IMG/VR virus record: IMGVR_UViG_3300046779_000353
Location: 1 to 36,927 of that record
Strand: one strand, 5' to 3'
DNA length: 36,927 nt
Origin: a virus
Lineage: Duplodnaviria > Caudoviricetes
In this document: piece after piece, positions 14,176 through 23,113 of the stretch
Position numbering within the stretch: position 1 is the stretch's first letter
Layout: each line of letters opens with the position of its first letter
Program-made: the position numbers and the translations under genes
The notes under the pieces: generated by a model
Database searches by the model: none
Told to the model about the DNA's origin: nothing
What the model saw: the letters and a program-made list of their open reading frames with translations, nothing else

Positions 14176-16493
14176 CACTTGACCAACCTGACCGCTGATG
14201 GTGGCGGCGTCTCTTCGACCATCCGCCGCAGCTCCGACTTGCTCGCCGTGTCGGCCAGCTCTGGCGCACAGATGATGTGCTTACGGGTGTCAAACTCCCG
14301 CGACTTTATGCGCCCCATATCGACCCAGCCGGCCTCTTTGAGCGCGTGCAAGAGTGCCTGCTGTACCACGCGGGTATTCATCGGTGCGCCGCCTTGCAGG
14401 CGGTCACACAAGCTATAGAACGGTGCGGCTACCACGCCCGCAGAGAACTCGCCCAAGCGGCGCTCGATCATCTCAACCAGATACGATTCAGCCGTTGACC
14501 TGCCCTGCTCGACCATGATTATTTTCGCCTCAGTCAGCGGTGGAGTGCCGCCTGGGTTAAATTTGCTTACATCGCGCTGATACAGCCACGCTGCGACCGC
14601 CGAACAGCCGCCATTATCCAGCCAGCGCCACAAGCGGGCGCCCTCTTCCTCAGTCATGCGCGGCGCGTCCGAGTACACGACAAACCAGCGGCGATCTTCG
14701 GATGGCAGCGACAAGGGAACACGCTCATTCGAGAATGCCAGCACCAGCATCCGGTTCAGTGCCTGGTACGGGTGCAGCCCCTTGCGGTTGACGGTTACAA
14801 ACTCAGGCGGCGCAGCGATAATGGGCTTCAGATGGTTCTCGAGCGCCCTGCGATCCTTCGCCTCGCTCTGGCGCAGCTCTTCAAACACCATGATTTCAGA
14901 TTCGTAGTTATAGCCCCACTGAGACGTGATCTCCTCGTTGCGCACAATGGCCACATTACGCCGGCTGGCGCGAGCACCCCCAACAGCCCATAAAAACGGC
15001 TCGTATAGCGTATCTTTGCCGCTACCCTGCCGGCCAATGTGCAGAATCGCATGATTGATCTTGACGTCTGGGTGTTGCACCTTGTGCGCTATGACGTTAA
15101 GCAAATGCTCCCGCTCAAACTCTTCAGGCACCATCCGGTGCAGATGGTCTAACCAAGGCGATATATCGCCAGCCACGCACGCCGGACGGCCATCCGACCA
15201 TCGGTTGCCGTAGACCTGCCCGTCACGCGACACCAGCACCGTCTCGCCGGCAGCGTAAGTAATACCGGCTAGAGCGAGCGCACCTTTCGCCTGTCGGTTT
15301 TCGTCAAAGCATGTAGACGCCTCAATTCGGCGCGGCGTTTTGCCCTTGTGGATGGAGTGACAGGTGACGTGCCGAAAGAGTGCATTGAAAGTATTGCGAC
15401 TAATCTCGCGTCTATCCAGCATGTCAAAGTACGAATCATCATCCTGAATGTACGCAAAACGCTCATACCAGCTTTCCTTCTCGACCCTATCCAGTTGTTT
15501 TTTCTCGACCTCGGCGATCACCTCGGCGCCCTTGTCCGGAAACGCCTCAGTCGGCGTCAGTTTTGCGAGCGTCTGATCCATCACAGCCGCCAGCAACTCT
15601 TCACGCAGGCCAGGCGAGTGTTTCGGCCCACCATTGGCGGCGACCCAATCGAGAAACGCGTTTGAGTCAAAGTCGACGCAGTGCGAGTGCAGGCACCGAT
15701 ACGAGCGCGTCGATGGGCTGTAGCCGCCTTCGGGGTTGCCGTCCGTATGTTGATCCTTGTTCGGGCAGATGACAGCCGCCCACCCGCGTGTATTCGGTGT
15801 GGACAACAGCACACCCTGCGCGGACAGCCACGCCATCACGTCATCCGCACCATCGTCGGACAGCCGGATAGGACGCACGCCCAAGGATGATGGCTCGGAC
15901 GGCGTGACGCCTAAAGCCGCGCAGATTTCGGGCAGGGTGAACTCGCGGTCAGGGTGGAACTCGACTAGACGCGACGCGAACAAGTCACGCCCCGGCTTTA
16001 TGTTGATCGACCCCGGCAAGCGGAAGTTGCGCACCGCATTGTTGGCACCTGGGTCGCAGTAGCCGGCTTTGATAATGGCGTCGATGGCTGCGGCGTACTC
16101 GCCCTTCGTCGGCTGCTCCGAGAATGCGTAACCCCACTGGAACGACCCCTCGGACGTCTCCATGATCCAAGTCGGCGCAAGAGGTGGGATGTTGGGTGCC
16201 TTCTCAGGGTCGCCCACGTCATCCAGCACCATGACCAGTACGTAGTCGCAGTTGTCTTTAGATGCTGAGACGTGCCCGTCTTTGAAGCGGTCGATGATGA
16301 AGCTTGCCGTGTTGCCGTAGATGGCCCAATCGGGCTTGGTCGGATAGTCCGGCAGGTACGCCGGCCATGTACAGATCACCGCGCCATCGGGGTGCAGTTG
16401 CACCTGACCGCCCTTCAACTTGGGCTTTTGACGGATGACGAGCGCAGTCTCCCCCATCGGGGCGAGATTAGTATAAAATTCTAGGAAATCCAT
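14175..16493 (-). CDS. Primase-helicase fusion (RepB-like primase, Zn-binding motif, DUF5906/SF3-like NTPase)
   Basis: VLDDV, METSEGSFQWGY and RNFRLPG (primase); CPNKDQH...CLHSHC; Walker A GRQGSGKDT, Walker B MVFEE, AFSN, EDRRW. Confidence 0.85.
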   Translation of the reverse strand: MDFLEFYTNLAPMGETALVIRQKPKLKGGQVQLHPDGAVICTWPAYLPDYPTKPDWAIYGNTASFIIDRFKDGHVSASKDNCDYVLVMVLDDVGDPEKAPNIPPLAPTWIMETSEGSFQWGYAFSEQPTKGEYAAAIDAIIKAGYCDPGANNAVRNFRLPGSINIKPGRDLFASRLVEFHPDREFTLPEICAALGVTPSEPSSLGVRPIRLSDDGADDVMAWLSAQGVLLSTPNTRGWAAVICPNKDQHTDGNPEGGYSPSTRSYRCLHSHCVDFDSNAFLDWVAANGGPKHSPGLREELLAAVMDQTLAKLTPTEAFPDKGAEVIAEVEKKQLDRVEKESWYERFAYIQDDDSYFDMLDRREISRNTFNALFRHVTCHSIHKGKTPRRIEASTCFDENRQAKGALALAGITYAAGETVLVSRDGQVYGNRWSDGRPACVAGDISPWLDHLHRMVPEEFEREHLLNVIAHKVQHPDVKINHAILHIGRQGSGKDTLYEPFLWAVGGARASRRNVAIVRNEEITSQWGYNYESEIMVFEELRQSEAKDRRALENHLKPIIAAPPEFVTVNRKGLHPYQALNRMLVLAFSNERVPLSLPSEDRRWFVVYSDAPRMTEEEGARLWRWLDNGGCSAVAAWLYQRDVSKFNPGGTPPLTEAKIIMVEQGRSTAESYLVEMIERRLGEFSAGVVAAPFYSLCDRLQGGAPMNTRVVQQALLHALKEAGWVDMGRIKSREFDTRKHIICAPELADTASKSELRRMVEETPPPSAVRLVK

Positions 16494-16512
16494 TGCAGTC
16501 CTTGTAGTTGAG

Positions 16513-16539
16513 AAAGCCGCCCTGCCAGGCGGCTTTTTT
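16513..16539. terminator. Hairpin terminator, possibly bidirectional
   Basis: AAAGCCGCC-CTGCCA-GGCGGCTTTTTT between the HNH and primase genes. Confidence 0.7.
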
Positions 16540-17020
16540 ATTTAGTAAAAAACGCAGCTATCACAGACGCACGCGCTTGCGCGGCGATTTTTGGGCTGCC
16601 ATACGCGCCCAAATGTTTTTTTCTGCCGTCTTTATTTACGTATGCAACCCACGTATCACGACGAGGGTCGTATGATACTCCGGTATGCCCGCTACTATTG
16701 TTGCGTCGCAGCGAACCATTTAAGCCGTTTAAAGATTGCCCTACATCGCGTAAATTTTTTATTCGATTATTGCTTCTGCAACGGTCTACGTGGTCGATAT
16801 TTTTTTGCGGCCAAACTTTAAAACAATAGAACCACGCTAAACGATGCGCAAAATATTTTACGCCGTCAATGCTTATTTTTGTATACCCGCTGCTGTCTGT
16901 ATGCCCAGCGACTTCGTTACGTTTAGCTTTTCCGACCGAAACTTTCCAATAAAACAGCCCTGATTGACGATCATAGCGCACAACTTCGCGCATACGTTTA
17001 TAGGTGAGTGAAGATGTCAT
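16538..17020 (-). CDS. Free-standing HNH-AP2 homing endonuclease
   Basis: YFAHRLAW...IDHVDRCRSNNRIKNLR (HNH) plus NSSGHTGVSY...WVAYV...HLGAY (AP2-like); AT-rich. Confidence 0.9.
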   Translation of the reverse strand: MTSSLTYKRMREVVRYDRQSGLFYWKVSVGKAKRNEVAGHTDSSGYTKISIDGVKYFAHRLAWFYCFKVWPQKNIDHVDRCRSNNRIKNLRDVGQSLNGLNGSLRRNNSSGHTGVSYDPRRDTWVAYVNKDGRKKHLGAYGSPKIAAQARASVIAAFFTK

Positions 17021-18984
17021 TTTGAGAAACGCTCCATTATGTCGCCTTCGACTTCTAAAGGAAGCCCTCTAGCCCAATCCGGCGGGGTAGTCATAATCTC
17101 AATCATTCTACGCCTAACATCGTCCGCATCGCAAGCTAAACATTCAACTATTATTTCATCGTGCACTGATCCAATAACTTTAAACCCTTCAGCGTCCAAT
17201 CTGCGCAGCGAATGCCGTAAAAGACAGTTCGCGCTTGCTTGGACTAAATTTTCAATCAGCACGCCAAACCACAAACGCGCGCGCGGCCACTCAGTATCTG
17301 CTGCCGCAGGTTTCCATGCCGCTTTTGCGTATGAGATGCTGCCATCAGCCTCAAAACGCACTTGTGGGTAGCACAACACACGCCCAGACGGCAGCGCGTA
17401 CCAGAGATGCCCACCTTGGCGCATGTATGTAACCTTACCGGCGGTAAATTCTCTTTCTGGGTTTCGCATCGCGCGCGTCGCAGCGTCTTCAAGCTCTCGC
17501 CAAAACACAACCGCCCACGGGTTTGCCTTGCGCCACAAGTTAACCATGCGCTTTGCTTCGTGTTCTGGTAGTGTTACGCCGTAGATACGCCCCATCGATG
17601 CGAACGCGCCTACTGACCCTCCAAATCCGCAAGCGAGTACGGCCACTTTACCTAGCATTCTGTCCGCTTTAGTTACGTCAGATTCAGCTTTTCCAAACAT
17701 CGCAGCGGCAGTGCTGACGTAAATATCTTTACCCGCTCGAAATATGTCCAGCGTATTTTCTGCTGTCGTCGCCCCACTGCACCAAGGCGTCATACGCGCT
17801 TCAATCCCCGACCAATCTAACGCAATCAGCTTGTGATTTTTGGGCGCCATGATGGCGGGGCGAAGCATCCCTTTAAGAACGTCCGTTACCCGCTTTCCAA
17901 AACGAGGAACAACTTCATGATTGCGTACTAACGCATGCCGCACTGCATCTGGCTCGCTTGCACATACACGGCTCATGTTTTGCAACTGCGCGCCTGTACT
18001 GCTATATCTTCCGGTCGCGCTGCCACCGGCAAATATAAAAGCGCCCCGCAACCTACAATCTTCTTCATCAGCCAAATTTGATAGCCGCGCAAACTTGGCG
18101 ACAGACGACGAAAACATATTGTCTGCGGCCTGCACTACGTTGGCTACCACGGCAGGTACTTCGTCGGCGTTTTCTTCAGAAAAAGCAATCAGCGCCGCCC
18201 TTGCGTTTTTATCTAAGCTTTTCCTCGCTTCGCCATCCTTATAACTCTGCATTAACTTCCGCGCTTCATCACCGACGCTATTCCACACCCATTCACGCAA
18301 ACGCGGCGAGCGAACGCTAGTCACCTGCCCATCGGTCAACTCATACACTTCACGCTCTGTCTCTTTGACTTCTTGCGCGGCGTATTTTGAAGCCGCACGG
18401 CATAATTCTACGTCTATAAGTAATCCACGGTCGTTGATGCGCTCGTTGGTGTGGTAGTCGGCCAACTCCTGATCGGAGAGCGGACGCATGGCCTGGCTGA
18501 CTACGCGCATGGTTCTGACGTCCTGCTCGCAGTACGCCACCATCTCGGCCATTAACTCTGGCGAATTGTTAAACGATCCATCAGCGCGAGGGATGGAAAG
18601 AGCGCGGATAAGCTGGCTTCCTCGGTGGTCTTTGCGCATGTTGCTGCTGATGGCGCGCCCGACGTCTTCGAGAGACCCAGGCAAGCAGTTAGCACGCGCT
18701 TGTGTCGCGGTGCAATAGAACTGCTCGAGTTGAAAGTTACACTGTAGGACGTACCAAAAGATGAGGCGCTCGAAGGCGGCATTGTGCGCGTAGATGCGTC
18801 CGGTGTGATTCCGAACCATCGCGGGAAACGGCTGGTTGGGAGTCCAGGTGACAACCTCATCGTCGTCAAACGCGTAGGACATACACAGTACATCTGTACT
18901 TGCGTCTTGTGCATAGTTGTAAACCCCTTTAGAGGACAGGTCGCATCGGCTGCGCGTCTCGAAGTCGAGCCAGAGAATAGACAT
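17017..18984 (-). CDS. DNA polymerase, family A, with 3'-5' exonuclease
   Basis: Exo I DFET, Exo II HNAAFE, Exo III YCEQD; TGRYSS; motif A DWSGIEAR, motif B RMLGKVAVLACGFG, motif C VHDE. Confidence 0.93.
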   Translation of the reverse strand: MSILWLDFETRSRCDLSSKGVYNYAQDASTDVLCMSYAFDDDEVVTWTPNQPFPAMVRNHTGRIYAHNAAFERLIFWYVLQCNFQLEQFYCTATQARANCLPGSLEDVGRAISSNMRKDHRGSQLIRALSIPRADGSFNNSPELMAEMVAYCEQDVRTMRVVSQAMRPLSDQELADYHTNERINDRGLLIDVELCRAASKYAAQEVKETEREVYELTDGQVTSVRSPRLREWVWNSVGDEARKLMQSYKDGEARKSLDKNARAALIAFSEENADEVPAVVANVVQAADNMFSSSVAKFARLSNLADEEDCRLRGAFIFAGGSATGRYSSTGAQLQNMSRVCASEPDAVRHALVRNHEVVPRFGKRVTDVLKGMLRPAIMAPKNHKLIALDWSGIEARMTPWCSGATTAENTLDIFRAGKDIYVSTAAAMFGKAESDVTKADRMLGKVAVLACGFGGSVGAFASMGRIYGVTLPEHEAKRMVNLWRKANPWAVVFWRELEDAATRAMRNPEREFTAGKVTYMRQGGHLWYALPSGRVLCYPQVRFEADGSISYAKAAWKPAAADTEWPRARLWFGVLIENLVQASANCLLRHSLRRLDAEGFKVIGSVHDEIIVECLACDADDVRRRMIEIMTTPPDWARGLPLEVEGDIMERFSK

Positions 18985-19002
18985 AATTTTTATTCTGAGA
19001 GG

Positions 19003-19161
19003 GTGGCCCCGGTTACCCTGCCAGCATCAGGTCGAACCGACCAAGGAAGAGCCTGATGTTTAGGTAACCGGTGCCATTGAAAGGTGGGGTACTCGCTGCG
19101 TCTGTCTGCAATACCGGCTGGGTTCTCCCAACCAGTCGCACGGCAGCATCCGCTTTCCCCC
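19003..19161 (-). ncRNA. Candidate structured RNA(s): two adjacent stem-loop elements between the SSB-like gene and the polymerase
   Basis: Perfect stems CCGGTTACC/GGTAACCGG and CATCAGG/CCTGATG (19003-19077); second element closed by GGGG/CCCC (19086-19161). Confidence 0.5.
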
Positions 19162-19168
19162 GTGCTAC

Positions 19169-19813
19169 TTAGCCGCGACGACGACGGCCTGCTGGTGCCG
19201 CTTCAGCCGGTGCTTCGACTTCTGCTGCTGGTGCATCCGACTCGCCGTCCATCGAGACAAACTCAACGACTTCAAACACCGGCGTATAGATGCGGCCATA
19301 CGACTTGTGCGTGTAGTGGTCTTTTTTGAGACGCACGATCGGCACTGGCTTGCTCTGGTTCTTCTCAACCTGCTCGGCAATCGCAACCGCTAACTGCTGA
19401 ACAGCTCGCTTGCCACCCACGGACGTGACGGTGTAGCGCGCCTCCATGTCCTTGTCGGCGCCAGTGACGCACTTCAATGACATGCCGACCTGCGCCTCCC
19501 AACCACGCTTGGCGTTGGGTGGTGCTGCTTCCATCTCTGGCAGCGGCTCGGATACCGACACCATCTTCTCGCCCAACACTTCGCCTTCACCCCATGCAAT
19601 AAAGCCGTGGATGAAAGAGAACGGGTTGATCGCCCACGTTGCATCGTCATCGACTTCGGTCTGGTCTGCACCAAACACCCAGTGGCCGGTCTTGTCCATT
19701 TTCAGGATGACGGAGCCTGCGGGGCCGACTTCGGTCTCAAGCGTGCGCAGTGCGGTTGAGAGGGTAGATACTGCTGGAAGGTTTGCACCTTTGAAATTAA
19801 CAAGATTCGACAT
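19169..19813 (-). CDS. Putative single-stranded DNA-binding protein (214 aa)
   Basis: Between the nuclease and polymerase genes; aromatic beta motifs (GHWVFG, YTHKSYGRIYTPVF) and a flexible C-terminal tail; AGGAG RBS. Confidence 0.55.
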   Translation of the reverse strand: MSNLVNFKGANLPAVSTLSTALRTLETEVGPAGSVILKMDKTGHWVFGADQTEVDDDATWAINPFSFIHGFIAWGEGEVLGEKMVSVSEPLPEMEAAPPNAKRGWEAQVGMSLKCVTGADKDMEARYTVTSVGGKRAVQQLAVAIAEQVEKNQSKPVPIVRLKKDHYTHKSYGRIYTPVFEVVEFVSMDGESDAPAAEVEAPAEAAPAGRRRRG

Positions 19814-19823
19814 TACTTTACTC

Positions 19824-20948
19824 CTATTGGATTTTAGAAAGGGCTGCAGTTAACTGCTTCCCGATTTGCAACACCGCTGGCCTCGGATCGGAATCCGGTG
19901 CCAACGTATCGCCCGACGACACAGATACAACCATGTCAGCGGGAAATTCTATTTTAGCCTTTTTCAAGACTTTCTCAAGCTGTGCTGGCGACTTAATTGT
20001 CACAGGCTCATACGCATCCTTGATGTTGTTCGCGTCTACCCAGGCTTCAATCTTGGCTTTCTCTACCCACTGGCGCCGCGCCTGCTTGGCAACCAGTTTG
20101 TAACCTGGCACGTCAATACCCTTGTCGAGCATCTGAAACGCTAATGCTTGCAAATCGTTAATGTAGGTTTGCAGCATCTCAGCCTGTTGCAGTCGGGCGG
20201 ATATTTGCTGCACTGGCATGTCAAGCAGCTTGCCCTTCAATGCGCGCTCGGTTGCTCCCGTCATGCGTGGGCAGATGGGCTTGGCGGCACACCAACGGCA
20301 GTGGTCACCTTCTTGCATGGGCGGCTCGGGCCATGACGACAGGCGCACGGCGTACAGCAGCTCTTGCTCAAACTCTTTGATGCGTGCGGGCGTCGTCACC
20401 CAGCGGCGTACCATCGGGGGCTGCACGATGATGCACTCGATCTCTTCAGCGCCTTCAAAGATCCACTGCGCTGCCGGTGTTCTCATCGCGGCGGCTGCGT
20501 AAAACAGGAGCTGAGGATTTTCCACAGCATCAACAGATACGCCATCGCCAAATTTCCAATCAAGAACGATGGCGCGTTTATCTTTACGCCCAAGTAGGTC
20601 AGTGCTACCAAAGACATTAGGCAAAAAATCGCCAAAGGCAACTCGGGTTTCAACCATGTACTCCATCGTCTTGTCGGGGTCGATCTCGTCAAGCGCCGCG
20701 AGAGCGGGAATAATCTTCTCATCAATTAACTCCTGTGTGAGTGTCTGATCTTTGTACTGAGCGCCAATGCACTGCGCGGGCTTCTTGTCGAACTCAAGCA
20801 ACTCGGCGATCACGTTATGCAGCAGTGTGCCGCGTGCTGCGTGTTCGGACTCAGGTTGGGGCGGCATCTGTTGCACCAGCTTGACTGATGCCGGGCAGTT
20901 GATGACGCGCTTGGCGGTGCTGCCGCCGACGATATTAGAGTGACTCAT
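19824..20948 (-). CDS. Cas4-like PD-(D/E)xK nuclease (DUF2800 family)
   Basis: N-terminal CPAS, GTLLH, E...D...DWKFG, QLLFYA and HCRWC...C cluster. Confidence 0.85.
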   Translation of the reverse strand: MSHSNIVGGSTAKRVINCPASVKLVQQMPPQPESEHAARGTLLHNVIAELLEFDKKPAQCIGAQYKDQTLTQELIDEKIIPALAALDEIDPDKTMEYMVETRVAFGDFLPNVFGSTDLLGRKDKRAIVLDWKFGDGVSVDAVENPQLLFYAAAAMRTPAAQWIFEGAEEIECIIVQPPMVRRWVTTPARIKEFEQELLYAVRLSSWPEPPMQEGDHCRWCAAKPICPRMTGATERALKGKLLDMPVQQISARLQQAEMLQTYINDLQALAFQMLDKGIDVPGYKLVAKQARRQWVEKAKIEAWVDANNIKDAYEPVTIKSPAQLEKVLKKAKIEFPADMVVSVSSGDTLAPDSDPRPAVLQIGKQLTAALSKIQ

Positions 20949-21151
20949 TTGCGCGCCTCCATCATGGCATCTGCAAACGTATACGCAAGCGACGCGGCAA
21001 CACCCGAAAAAGGCAGCTCAAGTAACTTAGACGTTTTTTGTGTGTCTGGGTCTGCTATGACTGCTGGCAACGCGGCTGCGGCAAAGTAATCGCGCAGCTC
21101 CATGCCTTGCTGATTTAACCCAGCCATGTTTGATAGTGGAAACGCTTTCAT
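20945..21151 (-). CDS. Conserved phage hypothetical protein (68 aa)
   Basis: AFP...GMELRDYFAA...AYTFADAMMEAR motif common in proteobacterial phages; GGGAG RBS. Confidence 0.75.
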   Translation of the reverse strand: MKAFPLSNMAGLNQQGMELRDYFAAAALPAVIADPDTQKTSKLLELPFSGVAASLAYTFADAMMEARK

Positions 21152-21184
21152 TGAACTGTACTCCCGTGTAGTGATTGAGCCTCG

Positions 21185-21213
21185 ACTGTAGACCCTAAAA
21201 TAATCCTTGTCAA
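21185..21213 (-). promoter_or_regulatory. sigma70 promoter for the replication operon
   Basis: Minus strand TTGACA (21213-21208)-N17-TACAGT (21190-21185). Confidence 0.7.
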
Positions 21214-21235
21214 ATACTTTTTGATGCCTTATATT
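21207..21235 (+). promoter_or_regulatory. Divergent sigma70 promoter for the VRR-NUC/helicase operon
   Basis: TTGTCA (21207-21212)-N17-TATATT (21230-21235); +1 predicted near ATG 21242. Confidence 0.55.
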
Positions 21236-21241
21236 TCGGCC

Positions 21242-21535
21242 ATGCGTGAATCAGAAATCGAAAATTATTTTGTTTGGACAGTCGAGCGTGCCGGTGGCAA
21301 GACGTACAAGTTCAAGTCTGTCACACAACGCGGGGTTAGTGACCGCTTAGCGTGTATGCCTGATGGTTCCACATGGTTTGTGGAGTTGAAAGCGCCCAAA
21401 GGTCGGCTGTCTGAGCTACAAAAACATTTTCGCAACGACGTGTTGCGATTGAAACAAAATTACGCATGTTTATGGTCGACGGAGATGATTGATGAGTGGA
21501 TTAAAGCTGCGCCCCTACCAGGACGAAGCGGCTGA
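21242..21535 (+). CDS. VRR-NUC domain nuclease
   Basis: MRESEIE...GVSDR...FVELKAPKGRLSELQ motif set. Confidence 0.88.
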   Translation: MRESEIENYFVWTVERAGGKTYKFKSVTQRGVSDRLACMPDGSTWFVELKAPKGRLSELQKHFRNDVLRLKQNYACLWSTEMIDEWIKAAPLPGRSG

Positions 21536-22838
21536 CTTCCTGTACGAGCGTAACCGCGCGATGATCTTGGCGCCTGTGGGCGCCGGCAAGACGGCCATCA
21601 CGCTGACCGCCATGCAGGCGATGGTCAAGGACGGGTACGCGTCACGCTTCCTCGTTCTGGCGCCAAAGCGTGTCTGCACGGACGTGTGGCCGATTGAGCA
21701 GCCAAAGTGGGCGCATCAACTAACGCTTGCTGTGGCAATCGGTACGCCAAAAGAACGTAACGAAGCGTTGGACAGCGGCGACCTGATAGTGGTCACTAAC
21801 TACGACAACATCCAGTGGCTGGCCGAGCAGGACTTGTCCGACTTTGACGCGATCGTGTTCGACGAGCTGACGAAGTTGAAGAACCCCTCCGGCACACGTT
21901 TCAAAGCGCTGCACAAGGTGATCGACCAGTTCAAGATTCGCTGGGGTCTGACTGGCTCATTCACCAGCAACGGCCTTGAAGACGTCTTCGGCCAGTGCAA
22001 GATCGTTGATGAGAAGCTCTTAGGCCGAGCCAAAGGCGCGTTCCTGCAGCAGTACTTTGTCTGCATGAACCGAGACTTCGGCGAGTGGCTGCCACGCCCA
22101 GGCGCGCTGTCGTTGGTTATGCAACGCATCAAGCCGGCGACGTTCGTTTTGGAGCCTGGCGAGTACAAGGACAAGCTGCCGCCTTGCCATGTGGTCGAGC
22201 TGCGGTCTACGCTTGCCGACCGACAGCCGTATGAAAAGATGAAGAAAGACTTTGTGGTGCAGTTTCCGACAGCCGAGATTCTAGCGGCGAACGCTGCTGC
22301 CGTTACATCAAAGTTGCAACAGATGGCGTCTGGGTTTGTGTACGACAGCAGCCGAGTGGCGTCCGCCGTGCCGGGTCAGTTCATCAACAGCAAGACGGCG
22401 GTGTGGTTTAGCGGGCACAAGTTTGATCGATTGGACGAATTACTGGAGGAGAATCAACATGCGAATACGCTTCTTGTTTACCAGTTTCAGGAGGAGGTGG
22501 CAGAACTTCGTCGCCGCTATCCGAAGCTTGCCACCCTTGACGACCCCGACGCCATCAAGCGATGGAACGCCGGGCAAATCGAACTCCTCGCTGTACATCC
22601 CAAATCAGCCGGGCATGGCCTTAACCTACAACACGGAGGATGCCACATGGTCTTCCTCTCCCTGCCCTGGTCGCTTGAACTGTATGAACAAACCGTCGGG
22701 CGGCTCCATCGATCCGGCCAAGTGCATGACGTCTGGGTCTATATTCTGCTCGCAGACAAGACAGTTGACGAAAAGATCTGGGCAGCACTGCACGACAAAC
22801 GAGCGATTTCCGACATAGCGATGGAGGCATTGAAATGA
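21492..22838 (+). CDS. SNF2-like SF2 helicase
   Basis: LRPYQ, GAGKT, VFDE, GLTGS, SAGHGLNLQ and QTVGRLHRSGQ motifs. Confidence 0.92.
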   Translation: MSGLKLRPYQDEAADFLYERNRAMILAPVGAGKTAITLTAMQAMVKDGYASRFLVLAPKRVCTDVWPIEQPKWAHQLTLAVAIGTPKERNEALDSGDLIVVTNYDNIQWLAEQDLSDFDAIVFDELTKLKNPSGTRFKALHKVIDQFKIRWGLTGSFTSNGLEDVFGQCKIVDEKLLGRAKGAFLQQYFVCMNRDFGEWLPRPGALSLVMQRIKPATFVLEPGEYKDKLPPCHVVELRSTLADRQPYEKMKKDFVVQFPTAEILAANAAAVTSKLQQMASGFVYDSSRVASAVPGQFINSKTAVWFSGHKFDRLDELLEENQHANTLLVYQFQEEVAELRRRYPKLATLDDPDAIKRWNAGQIELLAVHPKSAGHGLNLQHGGCHMVFLSLPWSLELYEQTVGRLHRSGQVHDVWVYILLADKTVDEKIWAALHDKRAISDIAMEALK

Positions 22839-23113
22839 GATATCTACTTTTATTACTGGCAGCACCTGCGATGGCAGCCCCGCCCGACTACCTGACGTAC
22901 ACGAACGACATCAGTGTGCAGACGGTGTTGACCCAAGAGCGCCCCAGCTGGTGCCACGGCATGAAGATGGCCTTTGACATCGACGGGCTAAACCGCGCGT
23001 ACTACGGCTGCTGGGCGGCCTCGCAGGGCTTTGTGCATATTGAAATGTTGGACGGCAGCAAACGTATCATTCCGATGGCAAAATTTACCAAAATGAAAGA
23101 GGACACCAAATGA
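22835..23113 (+). CDS. Putative exported protein (92 aa) with signal peptide
   Basis: MRYLLLLLAAPAMA|A signal-peptidase-like site; two Cys; GGAGG RBS. Confidence 0.65.
   Translation: MRYLLLLLAAPAMAAPPDYLTYTNDISVQTVLTQERPSWCHGMKMAFDIDGLNRAYYGCWAASQGFVHIEMLDGSKRIIPMAKFTKMKEDTK

Noticed and set aside
19003-19161. tRNA or hammerhead ribozyme in the structured intergenic region
   Set aside because: No cloverleaf with properly placed D and T arms, and CUGAUG is not followed by the A...GAAA hammerhead core.
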